DNA of 64,000 nucleotides, taken from Fidelibacterota bacterium (GTDB lineage: Bacteria > Fidelibacterota > Marinisomatia > SCGC-AAA003-L08 > JACNLC01). Below, piece by piece: positions 49,437 to 59,912 of the stretch. Within the stretch, counting starts at the first letter, position 1. The number at the start of each line of letters is the position of its first letter. The DNA lies in NCBI GenBank assembly GCA_014381725.1, contig JACNLC010000050.1, positions 10,125-74,124 on the forward strand. The letters run 5' to 3'. The notes beneath the pieces are model-generated. The model made no database searches and was not told where the DNA came from. It saw nothing but the letters and a program-made list of their open reading frames with translations. A program made the position numbers and the translations under genes.

Positions 49437-50513
49437 ATGAAATCAATAAGTAAAATAGTAGCACTCTTAATTTTAGTATTAATTGGATATAGCTGTGTTT
49501 CAAGCAGTATGGAATTTACAACTGCAAAAACTACTTTGCGTAGCGAAAGAAATGTGAAGGAAGCTGAAAAATGGTTTATTAAAGCTTTAGAAGTGGAGCC
49601 TAATAATGCTTTAATTCCATACATAATGGCAACGGAAATTTATCGCCCACAAAAAAGGTGGAGTAAAATGGTAGATATGTTTGATGAAGCGTTGAGAAGA
49701 AACCCGGAAACAATAATCGAAAAACCATTTATGACAGATAATAGAACCTATGTCAAAACCATTGAGGATGCAATTCGGGTTTATAGTTTAGAAGAGTGGG
49801 GTAAAATTTATAACTCAGGTGTAGAACACTATTCTGCTGGGAAAATTGACAGAGCTATTGAATTATTTGGACTTGCAATGAGAATAGTTCCTAATGATGG
49901 TAATGCTTACAGTACTTTAGCTTCTCTGCATCTAAATGCGGGGAATATTAGTGAAGCGAGTACCATTATTGAACAAGGTCTATCAAATGCTGGAGATAAT
50001 GTAGGTGTTTTACAAACTGCAGGAGATATTGCGGTAGAAAATAATATGTTAGAGGATGCTATAAAATATTATCTTAAAACAATTGAGCTTCTTGAAAAAC
50101 CAGGTCCAGTGATGCAGAAACTAATTTTTCTTTACATCGAATTGAATGATTTTACTCAAGCAATCGAGTATTCAATGTTGGCCCTAAAAGAAAATCCTTA
50201 CGATCCCGATATTTATTACAATGTTGGTGTGCTGTACCAAAAATTAGCATTAAATGAGTTTGATCCTGCGAGAGATTTATTCAATAAAATATCTAATGAC
50301 GATAATAGAGATAAAAATGCCCTAGTATTACTTTTTAATAAATTTGCTCAAGCAAGGAGTTATTCTTCAGAAGCAAAAGATTACTTTTTACAAGCAAAAG
50401 ATTTGGAAACCGAAGAAATTGGAAGTGCTGATGCTGTTCGAGAAATAGACAAGATGATAAACCAAATTGACAATTTATTTATCCCTGCTGTAAGAAAAAT
50501 GATGGATGAATAG
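49437..50513 (+). CDS. TPR-repeat lipoprotein
   Basis: Lipobox GYSC; YNSGV, YYNVGVLY TPR motifs. Confidence 0.75.
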   Translation: MKSISKIVALLILVLIGYSCVSSSMEFTTAKTTLRSERNVKEAEKWFIKALEVEPNNALIPYIMATEIYRPQKRWSKMVDMFDEALRRNPETIIEKPFMTDNRTYVKTIEDAIRVYSLEEWGKIYNSGVEHYSAGKIDRAIELFGLAMRIVPNDGNAYSTLASLHLNAGNISEASTIIEQGLSNAGDNVGVLQTAGDIAVENNMLEDAIKYYLKTIELLEKPGPVMQKLIFLYIELNDFTQAIEYSMLALKENPYDPDIYYNVGVLYQKLALNEFDPARDLFNKISNDDNRDKNALVLLFNKFAQARSYSSEAKDYFLQAKDLETEEIGSADAVREIDKMINQIDNLFIPAVRKMMDE

Positions 50514-50532
50514 ACAGATTCTTTTAAAAGGG

Positions 50533-50558
50533 AAAGGGCTCTAATCGAGCCCTTTTTT
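50533..50558 (+). terminator. Rho-independent terminator
   Basis: AAAGGGCTC..GAGCCCTTTTTT. Confidence 0.8.
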
Positions 50559-50673
50559 ATTCTACCGGAAATATATCCGGTGCTCCTCCTCCAACTTTTT
50601 CCCTATCAAACTTGGGCTAAATATATATCGAATTTTATAATTAAAATGAGACTTATATCACATTTTTTATAAT

Positions 50674-51564
50674 TTATCCAATTCTTTTGCGTTTTATTAA
50701 ATATTCACCCAAAGCAATATCAAGAGGATTATCTGTAGTAATTGGTATATAATCTATATTGTTTTGTCTGCAATGCTTCTTGAAAAAGTCGCTAAAATCT
50801 TTCATTGTTTTTTGATAATCCTTCTGAATATGCCAAGGTTCAGTTACAATTTTCTCACCTGTTTCCATATCTTTAAACATCGTTCGTTTCGTAAAATCAA
50901 GTTTCATTTCTTGCGGGTCTAAAATATGAAAAACAATCACTTCGTGTCGTTTATGACGAAAATGTTTTAATCCTGATAATATATCCTCGGGATTGTCAAA
51001 CAAATCAGATATCAAAATAATCAATCCTCGCTTTTTGATGGCTTCAGCAAAGTGATGAAGAACGGGTGAAATTTTTGTTTCTGGTCCAGGTTGAATTTTT
51101 GACATCTCACCAATCAACACATTCAAATGACTAGATTTTGACCGAGGAGGGATTGTCCCACGAATCTCAGAATCAAATAGTGAAAGGCCAACGGCGTCTT
51201 GTTGTTTGAGCATTAAATATCCTAGTGATGCTGAAAGAATTTGAGCATAATCTAATTTACTGACCTTATCTGAACGATAGTCCATTGATTTACTTTGGTC
51301 AACTAATAAATATGCCCGAAGATTCGTTTCTTCTTCAAATTGCTTTACATAATATCTCTCAGTTTTCCCCCACAATTTCCAGTCGATATGACGAATTTCA
51401 TCTCCTGGGCCGTAAGCTCGGTGCTCCGAAAATTCAACGGAAAACCCGTGATATGGGCTTTTATGTAATCCTACAATAAACCCCTCAACAACCAGTCTTG
51501 CTTTAAGAGATAGATTATCTAAACGGGAGATTATCTCCGGAGTCAGATATTGGGATTTAGTCAT
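50674..51564 (-). CDS. DUF58 (vWA-associated) protein
   Basis: GLHKSPYHGFSVEFSEHRAY.PGDE.R.IDWK, ISDL. Confidence 0.92.
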   Translation of the reverse strand: MTKSQYLTPEIISRLDNLSLKARLVVEGFIVGLHKSPYHGFSVEFSEHRAYGPGDEIRHIDWKLWGKTERYYVKQFEEETNLRAYLLVDQSKSMDYRSDKVSKLDYAQILSASLGYLMLKQQDAVGLSLFDSEIRGTIPPRSKSSHLNVLIGEMSKIQPGPETKISPVLHHFAEAIKKRGLIILISDLFDNPEDILSGLKHFRHKRHEVIVFHILDPQEMKLDFTKRTMFKDMETGEKIVTEPWHIQKDYQKTMKDFSDFFKKHCRQNNIDYIPITTDNPLDIALGEYLIKRKRIG

Positions 51565-52537
51565 CTTCTGCTATGAGTTTGTCGAGTATATTATCTGTGT
51601 TGATTCCGTCAGCTTCTGCGTTAAAATTAGTTATTATGCGATGTCGCATAACAGGTTTCACCATCTCTTTAACATCAGCAATATCTGGAGTGGTTCTGCT
51701 TTCCAATACAGCTTTGGCTTTTGCTCCTAAAATAAGATAAGCACTGGCTCTTGGTCCAGCTCCCCAATCCAACCAGTTTTTAATATATTGTGGAGCAATC
51801 TCTTCGTTCGGTCTAGTTTTCCCAACGATGTTTACAGCATATTCGATTACATTATCAGCTACTGGTATATCTCGTACTAATTGTTGGAAAGCTATTAAAT
51901 CTGTTAGACTTATCACACTTTCAATTTTTTCCAAAACACCAGTTGTTGTGGATTTGACTATTTCAACTTCTTCACTGGAAAGCGGATAATCAATTTTAAG
52001 ATTAAACATAAAACGGTCAAGTTGCGCTTCAGGTAACGGATATGTCCCTTCTTGTTCAATTGGATTTTGTGTTGCTAAAACAAAAAACGGTTCATCGAGA
52101 GTGTAAGTAGTTCCGCCAGTTGTTACTTTATGTTCCTGCATCGCTTCCAAAAGAGCAGATTGAGTTTTTGGGGGGGTTCTATTTATTTCATCTGCGAGAA
52201 TGATGTTTGCAAAAACGGGTCCTTTGAAAAATTTGAACGAGCGTTTTCCTGTTGCTGTGTCTTCTTCAATGATTTCGGTTCCGGTGATGTCCGATGGCAT
52301 TAAGTCAGGAGTAAACTGAATTCTGCTAAATTTCAAATCCATAACATCTGATAAAGTTTTGATAAGCAAAGTTTTTGCCAATCCAGGAACACCTTCCAAA
52401 AGAATATGTCCTTTGCACAATAGAGCTATAAACAAATGCTCAATTATTCCTTTTTGTCCAATAATAACTTTACCGATTTCGTCGAAAAGTTCTGTTTTTG
52501 TTTGATGTAATTTTTCTACAAGTTTAATATTATCCAT
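51557..52537 (-). CDS. moxR: MoxR-family AAA+ ATPase
   Basis: EGVPGLAKT, RIQFTPDLMPSD, DEINR, ATQNPIEQEGTYPLPEAQLDRF; start MDNIK. Confidence 0.93.
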   Translation of the reverse strand: MDNIKLVEKLHQTKTELFDEIGKVIIGQKGIIEHLFIALLCKGHILLEGVPGLAKTLLIKTLSDVMDLKFSRIQFTPDLMPSDITGTEIIEEDTATGKRSFKFFKGPVFANIILADEINRTPPKTQSALLEAMQEHKVTTGGTTYTLDEPFFVLATQNPIEQEGTYPLPEAQLDRFMFNLKIDYPLSSEEVEIVKSTTTGVLEKIESVISLTDLIAFQQLVRDIPVADNVIEYAVNIVGKTRPNEEIAPQYIKNWLDWGAGPRASAYLILGAKAKAVLESRTTPDIADVKEMVKPVMRHRIITNFNAEADGINTDNILDKLIAEDD

Positions 52538-52637
52538 AGTTTTCCTAATAATTTCGGGGTTGAATCTAAAGGATTCTTCACAGTTACACAACGAATTTCC
52601 TTGTTGTGACATCAAGAAAACGCGTAATATTCACTCA

Positions 52638-53723
52638 ATGATTATCAGTGAAAATAGTTCCGGCAAAAATAAGTCGGAGGAGCAACAAAATATTATTCTA
52701 AAAGGAATGTCTTTGCAAGAATTGCAAAAATGGGCAATATCTGTCGGACAAACTAGATTTCGTGGCACGCAATTATTTGAATGGATGTATCGTGAAGGTG
52801 TGGACAACCCAACAGAAATGACTAATATATCGAAATCGTTTAGAGCTTTTCTTTCTGACAATTGCACTTTTTCCACACTAAAACTGAAAAAAATAAGCAA
52901 ATCTCAAACTGAGCCAACTCAAAAATTTCTTTTCCAACTTAATGATGGACAATTTATCGAAACCGTCAGTATTATCGAAAATGATAGGCATACTGTCTGT
53001 GTTTCGTCACAAATTGGGTGTAATCTCGAGTGTGATTTTTGTGCAACTGCAACTTTGGGATTTAGTAGAAATTTATCTGCAGGAGAGATTGTTGACCAAT
53101 TAATATTTATTAGAAAATATATTGAACAACCAATTACAAATATAGTGTTTATGGGAATGGGTGAACCATTTCTCAATTACAAACGAGTGATGACTGCTGC
53201 GGATATTTTTCATAATCCAAAAGGATTTAACTTAGCATCAACGCGAATTACAATTTCTACTGGAGGAATCGTCCCAAAAATTAAACAGTTTATAGATGAA
53301 AACAGAAAATACAAATTAGCTGTTTCGCTTAATGCACCAAATGATGAAATACGCTCTAAAATAATGCCAATTAACAATAAATGGCAAATAGAGGAGATAA
53401 TTAAAGCTGTTAAAAAATATTCAAATCAGAAAAGACGAAAAATAATGTTTGAATATGTGTTGATAAAAGATGTCAATGATTCATCAAAAGATGCTCAACA
53501 ACTTGTAAAATTATTAAAAAATATAGACTGCAAACTCAATATTATTCCATACAACGAAATGGGTGGGAAATATCAACGACCGGATGAACAGACAATTGAT
53601 AATTTTATGCAAATCCTATTTTCAAACCAAGGGAAAGTTAGAGTACTTACTCGCTGGAGTAAAGGTCAAGATATTGATGCAGCTTGTGGGCAGTTAGCAA
53701 CAAAACAAATGGAGATTGAATGA
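52638..53723 (+). CDS. rlmN: 23S rRNA/tRNA m2A methyltransferase (radical SAM)
   Basis: CVSSQIGCNLECDFCAT, FMGMGEP, DIDAACGQL. Confidence 0.95.
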   Translation: MIISENSSGKNKSEEQQNIILKGMSLQELQKWAISVGQTRFRGTQLFEWMYREGVDNPTEMTNISKSFRAFLSDNCTFSTLKLKKISKSQTEPTQKFLFQLNDGQFIETVSIIENDRHTVCVSSQIGCNLECDFCATATLGFSRNLSAGEIVDQLIFIRKYIEQPITNIVFMGMGEPFLNYKRVMTAADIFHNPKGFNLASTRITISTGGIVPKIKQFIDENRKYKLAVSLNAPNDEIRSKIMPINNKWQIEEIIKAVKKYSNQKRRKIMFEYVLIKDVNDSSKDAQQLVKLLKNIDCKLNIIPYNEMGGKYQRPDEQTIDNFMQILFSNQGKVRVLTRWSKGQDIDAACGQLATKQMEIE

Positions 53724-54508
53724 ACCTAAATCAAATTTCAGAATTTATACAAAGCCGGTTACCACAATCTCCAAAAGTAGCTGTTGTTTTGGGGTCAGGA
53801 TTGAGTTATTTTTCTAATAATCTAAAACATACAATTTCAATTCCTTATAATGAAATTCCAGGGTACTTACAACCATCAGTAACGGGCCATATTGGTGAAT
53901 TTGTTTTTGGATATGTAAACGATTTACCGGTATTATGCACAAGAGGAAGATTCCATTATTATGAGGGATATTCAATGGACATCGTGCAATTTCCTGTAAA
54001 ATTGTTTCATTCGCTTGGATGTGAAACTTTGATTATAACAAATGCTGCTGGATGTTTACGCAGAAATTGGAATTTAGGTGACTTAATGATTATAAACGGT
54101 TTATTAGACTACACATTTAGAAAAAGTGGAGAAAATCCTAAAATAATGTCAGAGATATTTTGTTTTAACGAAAACCTAATTAAGTCCACCAAATCCATTG
54201 CAAAACAAAATAATATTACAATTAGAGAGGGGGTTTATTGCTGGACCTTAGGTCCATCATACGAAACTCCTGCAGAAATTCAGGAAATAATACAACTTGG
54301 TGGAGATGCCGTTGGGATGTCAACAGTTCCTGAAATTGAGATTGCACACAAATTAGGATTAAATATTCTAGGTATTTCTTGTTTAACAAATTATGGAGCA
54401 GGATTATCAGATCAACCATTAACTCATTCAGAAGTTTTAGAAACATCTGAACGAGTTAAAGATTCCTTTGCTTACTTGCTTTTAGGGATTTTAAAGGAAA
54501 TAAACTAA
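53720..54508 (+). CDS. punA: Purine-nucleoside phosphorylase
   Basis: VLGSGL, GRFHYYEG, TNAAG, GPSYETPAE, VGMSTVPE. Confidence 0.93.
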   Translation: MNLNQISEFIQSRLPQSPKVAVVLGSGLSYFSNNLKHTISIPYNEIPGYLQPSVTGHIGEFVFGYVNDLPVLCTRGRFHYYEGYSMDIVQFPVKLFHSLGCETLIITNAAGCLRRNWNLGDLMIINGLLDYTFRKSGENPKIMSEIFCFNENLIKSTKSIAKQNNITIREGVYCWTLGPSYETPAEIQEIIQLGGDAVGMSTVPEIEIAHKLGLNILGISCLTNYGAGLSDQPLTHSEVLETSERVKDSFAYLLLGILKEIN

Positions 54509-54590
54509 TTATTCACTTGATTTTAGTTTATGAATGCTCGGAAATTCCACTTGGAATCTATTATGCAAAATGCAATGTCTGGAGTTTAAA

Positions 54591-54965
54591 ATGAAAAATT
54601 ATCTAATAATCATTAGTTTATTGATACTTATCGGTTGCGGTAAAACGGATAATGAATTGGCAATGGAAAGAGGAATTCAATTTTATGAGTGGAACCTCTT
54701 TGATAAAGCTATCAAAGAATTTAGTTACATAGTTTACCAGCTTCAAGAGGACAAACATCAACTTGATATAAATGAACGAGACCTCCTTGCGCGAGCACAC
54801 CATAATTTGGCTGTTTCTTATGCAAAAAAAGAGTGGTATGATGTAGCTGAATCCGAAGCAAAAATAGCATTTCAGCTCAACCCAACTGATGATAATAGGA
54901 AAATTCTAAAAGCAATTCAAGGGAAACAAAAAAAACCTGAAAAAGAAAAAGTTCCCAAACCTTGA
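54591..54965 (+). CDS. Small TPR lipoprotein
   Basis: GGAG RBS, lipobox LIGC, AHHNLAVSY. Confidence 0.7.
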   Translation: MKNYLIIISLLILIGCGKTDNELAMERGIQFYEWNLFDKAIKEFSYIVYQLQEDKHQLDINERDLLARAHHNLAVSYAKKEWYDVAESEAKIAFQLNPTDDNRKILKAIQGKQKKPEKEKVPKP

Positions 54966-55104
54966 ACTGTTGTCGAAAGATAATAAATCATACATAAATT
55001 TCTGTTTTTTATTTCGTTCCCTTCACAATAATTTACCAGCTGGAATTTAAGTAAAAATAGCGTGAATTCTTGATAATCTTATCTAGTTAATAATTGGCGA
55101 TAAC

Positions 55105-55611
55105 ATGAAAAAAATAAAAAAATTGCATTTACATTCTATGATTGTTCACATACCCTGTGTAACAATTCCACTGACTGCAATCTTTCACATACTCTTTGTA
55201 TCTGGAGGGAAACACTTGTATTTTACAATGTCTAATTTTCTATTAGCAATATCGATTGTTACTGTAGTAATTAGCATCATCACAGGAGTTATTGAAAGAG
55301 CACACAAACATGCAAATTGGTTTCCGTCGTTCAAGAGAAAATTTATTATTTCTATTATTCTTCTGGTCAGCCTGTTATCAGTTTCTGGAAATATTTTTGT
55401 TTGTTCATATCCAAGTAGTTCTGCTTTTAACTGCATTTCTATTGGACTGATTCAACCTGTTTTGGTGATTTGGATAATGATAATTGGAATAATTTCTAGC
55501 CAAGGAAGATTTGGCGGTAGTTTATCGTATGCAAAGGATATCGAAAACACCTCAGATTTTGATATTAAAGAATTAACTGTAAACAAAATTAAGGAAAACG
55601 AAAATGATTGA
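55105..55611 (+). CDS. DUF2231-like membrane protein
   Basis: LHSMIVHIP, ITGVIER..H..W...FKRK, about 4 TM segments. Confidence 0.55.
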   Translation: MKKIKKLHLHSMIVHIPCVTIPLTAIFHILFVSGGKHLYFTMSNFLLAISIVTVVISIITGVIERAHKHANWFPSFKRKFIISIILLVSLLSVSGNIFVCSYPSSSAFNCISIGLIQPVLVIWIMIIGIISSQGRFGGSLSYAKDIENTSDFDIKELTVNKIKENEND

Positions 55612-56737
55612 TTTTAATCTATCCGAAGAGCATAAACAACTTCAAGAGAAAGCAAGAAAATTCGCTAAAGAAGTAGTATCACCAGCAGCAGCAGAACATG
55701 ATCGTTCAGGTGAATTTCCTTACGAAATTGCTAAAATGGCTTGGAAAGAAGGACTTCTGAATTCTCATGTTGAGGAAAAATTTGGTGGCCCAGAAAGAGG
55801 AAGTTTAGCTACTTGTATTATTGCAGAAGAAATTTCTGCTGCTTGTAGCGGAATTGGGATTGCTCTCGATGCAAATGCACTTGCTCAAGGTCCATTAATT
55901 GTTGCTGGCAACGAAGACCAAAAGAAAAGATTTTTGCAACCTATGACGGAAAAGGCAATGTTTGCATCGTATGCAGTTACAGAGCCAGATGCAGGTTCTG
56001 ATGTTTCTCGTTTATCTACCACTGCAACTCGTATTGACGATAAAACTTATGCAATAAACGGATTGAAATGGTGGATAACAGGGGGTGGAGTTGCAAGCTG
56101 GTATTTTGTTTTAGCAAAAGCAGAAGGCGGTGCTTCGGGTTTCATAGTTCCTGCAGATTCTCCAGGAATTGTTCGAGGACCAAAAGAAGAAAATCTTGGT
56201 CAGCACGCATCAAATACTGTTCGAGTTGCATTTGAAGATGTTCGTGTACCTATAGAAAATCTGATTGGCAAAGAGGGTGATGGATTCAGAATTGCGATGA
56301 AGACATTCGATTATTCTCGCCCATTAGTAGCTGCTGCAGCTGTAGGAGTAGCACGAACTGCGTTAGAACTTGCAACGAATTATGCAAAACGACGAAAATG
56401 TTTCGACAAAAAAATCATAAAGTATCAAGGTGTAAGTTTTAAACTGGCTGATATGGCAACGCATGTAGAAACTGCACGGTTACTTACTTGGAAATCTGCT
56501 TGGTTGTACGATCAAGGATTATCCAACACCAAGGAATCAGCAATGGCAAAAGCTTATGCTGCAGATTATTGTATGAAAGCTACAATAGATGCTGTTCAGG
56601 TAATGGGCGGTTATGGATATACAATGGAAGTTCCAATGGAAAAATTGATGCGCGATGCAAAAATATTTCAAATTTATGAAGGGACTAGTGAAATCCAAAG
56701 AACAATTATTGTTTCCAGTTTACTAAGGGGAAGATAA
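55604..56737 (+). CDS. Acyl-CoA dehydrogenase
   Basis: AVTEPDAGSD, NGLKWWIT, QVMGGYGY, RDAKIFQIYEGTSEIQR. Confidence 0.95.
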   Translation: MIDFNLSEEHKQLQEKARKFAKEVVSPAAAEHDRSGEFPYEIAKMAWKEGLLNSHVEEKFGGPERGSLATCIIAEEISAACSGIGIALDANALAQGPLIVAGNEDQKKRFLQPMTEKAMFASYAVTEPDAGSDVSRLSTTATRIDDKTYAINGLKWWITGGGVASWYFVLAKAEGGASGFIVPADSPGIVRGPKEENLGQHASNTVRVAFEDVRVPIENLIGKEGDGFRIAMKTFDYSRPLVAAAAVGVARTALELATNYAKRRKCFDKKIIKYQGVSFKLADMATHVETARLLTWKSAWLYDQGLSNTKESAMAKAYAADYCMKATIDAVQVMGGYGYTMEVPMEKLMRDAKIFQIYEGTSEIQRTIIVSSLLRGR

Positions 56738-57360
56738 TGAGAAAATCCAAAATCAAATATCGACAGAATAAATTTATCTGTCCAATTTGTCACTTGGAAC
56801 TTTCAATGCACGATGTTGACAAAAACGGTATTGTTGTTTGTCCTGTATGTGGCGCTGTCATAGAAGTTGTTGATGTTTTTGGACACAAAATTCCTATTAT
56901 CCATGATGTTGAAATTAAGAGACCACAGCCATTATACCGGCTACACACAATGGCAACGCATATTTCTATTGGATTATTACCGTTAGCTATTTTTGCTCAA
57001 ATTATTTCATTTTTTCTAAACTGGTTCAAAGGCGGAATTTATACATCTTCTGCAATCGAATTTGAACAAATTGGATTTATTCTACTAACTATTACCTTTT
57101 TAGGTGGATTAATTACATTTGCAACAGGCTGGACAGATTGGAAACGAAAATATCGAGGTAGAAAATACCAAATTATTACAAAAAAAATTAGATTATCGGT
57201 GATTATGTTTATTCTACTAGGATTTGCATTAGTGTTGAGAAATTTCTCCGGACCATTATCTGGTTTAGAAAATTGTTTGTATTTTTGTGTACAACTCATT
57301 TCAATTAGTTTGATGGCCTTTATGGGTCATTTAGGTGGATTTTTAGTTTTCGGGAAATAG
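56737..57360 (+). CDS. Zinc-ribbon/rubredoxin-like + DUF2231-like membrane protein
   Basis: CPIC..CPVC N-terminus; LHTMATHI, TGWTDWKRKYRG, LGHLGG.LVFG-like end. Confidence 0.65.
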   Translation: MRKSKIKYRQNKFICPICHLELSMHDVDKNGIVVCPVCGAVIEVVDVFGHKIPIIHDVEIKRPQPLYRLHTMATHISIGLLPLAIFAQIISFFLNWFKGGIYTSSAIEFEQIGFILLTITFLGGLITFATGWTDWKRKYRGRKYQIITKKIRLSVIMFILLGFALVLRNFSGPLSGLENCLYFCVQLISISLMAFMGHLGGFLVFGK

Positions 57361-57386
57361 ATTGTCTGTACATATACGCAATATCG

Positions 57387-57411
57387 AACAAGGGACTAGT
57401 TCCCTTGTTTT
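57387..57411 (+). terminator. Rho-independent terminator
   Basis: AACAAGGGA..TCCCTTGTTTT. Confidence 0.65.
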
Positions 57412-57464
57412 GTTTAAAATAAATTTCTTTGCAGGACTTTAGTATAATATAGGTAATTTATAAT

Positions 57465-58565
57465 ATGGCATTACAGTGTGGAATTATAGGATTACCAAAT
57501 GTTGGGAAATCAACAATCTTCAATGCACTAACTGGCTCCAGTGTTCCTGCTGAGAATTATCCATTCTGTACAATTGATCCAAACATTGGAGTAGTAGAGG
57601 TCCCCGATGACAGATTAAATCATCTTGCTAATATATTCAATTCGCCTTCAGTTGTTCATGCACATGTAGAATTTGTTGATATTGCCGGTTTGGTTAAGGG
57701 TGCTAGCAAGGGCGAAGGATTAGGGAATCAGTTTCTTTCTCATATTAAAAATGTAGATACAATTCTGCATATTGTTAGGTGTTTTGAAAATCCGAATGTA
57801 ACACACACAGAATCTAGTATTGACCCAATTCGAGACATAAATATTATCGAAACTGAATTGTTGATCAAGGATTTGGAAACCATCGAAAAACGCATTGAAA
57901 AATTAGAGAAAACTGCACGAATTGGCGATAAAGAGTCTAAAACTGAACTTGAAATATTAAATAAAATTCTTCCAAAAATTAACGATGGAATTTTAGCTAG
58001 GAATATTGAGCTAGAGTCTAACGAGTATCTTGTTATAAATAATTTGCAACTTCTAACTGACAAACCAATAATTTATATCGCCAATGTTGATGAAAACGAA
58101 ATTGCATCATCAAACCGCGGAGAACTTCCTAAATCTGTTGTAAAGTATGCTAAAGATGAAAATAATTTAGCAATCCGTTTATGCGGGGAATTAGAAATGG
58201 AAATATCAGAAATGGAACCTGATGATAAACAACTATTTTTGGAAGAATACGGTTTAACTCAATCGGGAATAGATAAATTAATTCAGTCCACATATCAGTT
58301 GTTAAATCTCGAAACATTCTTCACGCATAACGAAAAAGAGCTTAGAGCTTGGACAATATCCAAGGGCTCAACAGCTCCACATGCAGCTGGCAAAATTCAT
58401 ACAGATTTTGAACACGGATTCATAAAAGCGGATGTTTATCAATTTAATGATCTTAAGCAATTTGAATCTGAACATTCTCTGCGAGAACATGGCAAAATTA
58501 GACAAGAAGGTAAAAATTATATTGTCAAAGATGGAGATATTATCTTCTTTAAATTTAATGTATAG
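57465..58565 (+). CDS. ychF: Redox-regulated ATPase YchF
   Basis: GLPNVGKST, NYPFCTIDPN, DIAGLVKGASKGEGLGN, IHTDFE. Confidence 0.96.
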   Translation: MALQCGIIGLPNVGKSTIFNALTGSSVPAENYPFCTIDPNIGVVEVPDDRLNHLANIFNSPSVVHAHVEFVDIAGLVKGASKGEGLGNQFLSHIKNVDTILHIVRCFENPNVTHTESSIDPIRDINIIETELLIKDLETIEKRIEKLEKTARIGDKESKTELEILNKILPKINDGILARNIELESNEYLVINNLQLLTDKPIIYIANVDENEIASSNRGELPKSVVKYAKDENNLAIRLCGELEMEISEMEPDDKQLFLEEYGLTQSGIDKLIQSTYQLLNLETFFTHNEKELRAWTISKGSTAPHAAGKIHTDFEHGFIKADVYQFNDLKQFESEHSLREHGKIRQEGKNYIVKDGDIIFFKFNV

Positions 58566-58578
58566 ATTAAGGGCATTT

Positions 58579-58911
58579 ATGAAAACATTTATAATTAATA
58601 GTGAATTTATGGGAATAGGAGATGATAAGCTTGGAGCAAAATTAACTATTTCATTTTTCAGAAAACTTGGGTTGTTAAACCAACAACCTGACTTTATCCT
58701 TTTATATAATTCAGGCGTAAAATTAATGAGTAAAGATTCACCCATTTTAAACGAATTGCAAATACTGTTTAATAATGGTGTTGAAATCCTTGGTTGCGGA
58801 ACTTGTATAACTTCTTACAAATTGGATGAAAAAATTAATGTTGGGCAAATCAGTACAATGCACGATATTGTGTCTGTTATGACGAAATCCGATTCAGTGA
58901 TTACAATTTAG
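58579..58911 (+). CDS. DsrE/YedF-like sulfurtransferase-fold protein
   Basis: MG.GDD.LG..L, YNSGV, CGTC; start MKTFI. Confidence 0.75.
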   Translation: MKTFIINSEFMGIGDDKLGAKLTISFFRKLGLLNQQPDFILLYNSGVKLMSKDSPILNELQILFNNGVEILGCGTCITSYKLDEKINVGQISTMHDIVSVMTKSDSVITI

Positions 58912-58985
58912 GTGATTTAGTAGTTAGGGTTTGAAAGTTAGAAAATGACTAATGTTCTTAATTTAACAAGTATTATAAAAGACAA

Positions 58986-59885
58986 ATGATATCTATAATA
59001 ACTGATAACAGATATTTGTTACACGATTCAGGTGTTGGACATCCAGAGCGACCGGAACGAATAACTGCGTGTAATGATGCCTTGAAAACATCGGATATTT
59101 TGGACAAATTGCAATGGTTAAGCCCTCGTGTTGCAGAAATTTCGGATATTCTTAGAGCACACACCACCAAACATATCCAACAAATTAAAGAAGTTTGTGA
59201 AACAGGTGGAGGTTATCTTGATCCAGATACACACGCCGGATATGAAAGTTATGAAATAGCGTTGCTTAGTGCTGGTGCTTGGTTAGATGGAGTTGATGAG
59301 GTTCTCTCTGGAAAATCAGCAGTCGTAATTTCTAGACCACCCGGGCACCATGCCGAAAACGATAATGCAATGGGATTTTGTCTTTTTAACAACTGCGCAA
59401 TTGCATCACTTTATACTGTTGAAGAAAAAAATATTGAACGAATTGCAATTTTTGATTGGGATGCTCACCATGGGAATGGGGTTCAACATATTCTGGAAGG
59501 TGACGAAAGATTTTTATATTGTTCTATGCACCAATCTCCACATTATCCTGGAACGGGAAGAGCTTGTGAAACTGGAAAATATAATAATGTTCTAAATATT
59601 CCTTTGTCAGCTAATACAGGAAGTAACGAATATTTATCCCAATTTCATAATGAAGTAATGCCATTTATTCGCAATTTTGAACCACAACTATTAATCGTTA
59701 GTGCTGGATTTGACGCACACGAAAAAGATCCATTATGTGGATTGAATTTACAATCAAGAGATTTTGGAGAAATGACAAAAGCTCTCATTGAGATAAATCC
59801 GCAAATACTATTCGGACTTGAAGGTGGTTATGATTTATCTGCTTTAGGGGAATGTGTAGTTGAAGTTTGTAGAAATTTGATTTAA
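58986..59885 (+). CDS. Histone-deacetylase-family protein
   Basis: HPERPER, RPPGHHA, GFCLFNN, DWDAHHGNG, SAGFDAH, LEGGY. Confidence 0.95.
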   Translation: MISIITDNRYLLHDSGVGHPERPERITACNDALKTSDILDKLQWLSPRVAEISDILRAHTTKHIQQIKEVCETGGGYLDPDTHAGYESYEIALLSAGAWLDGVDEVLSGKSAVVISRPPGHHAENDNAMGFCLFNNCAIASLYTVEEKNIERIAIFDWDAHHGNGVQHILEGDERFLYCSMHQSPHYPGTGRACETGKYNNVLNIPLSANTGSNEYLSQFHNEVMPFIRNFEPQLLIVSAGFDAHEKDPLCGLNLQSRDFGEMTKALIEINPQILFGLEGGYDLSALGECVVEVCRNLI

Positions 59886-59912
59886 TAAGGTGTTTGTTAG
59901 GGTTTTTAATAA

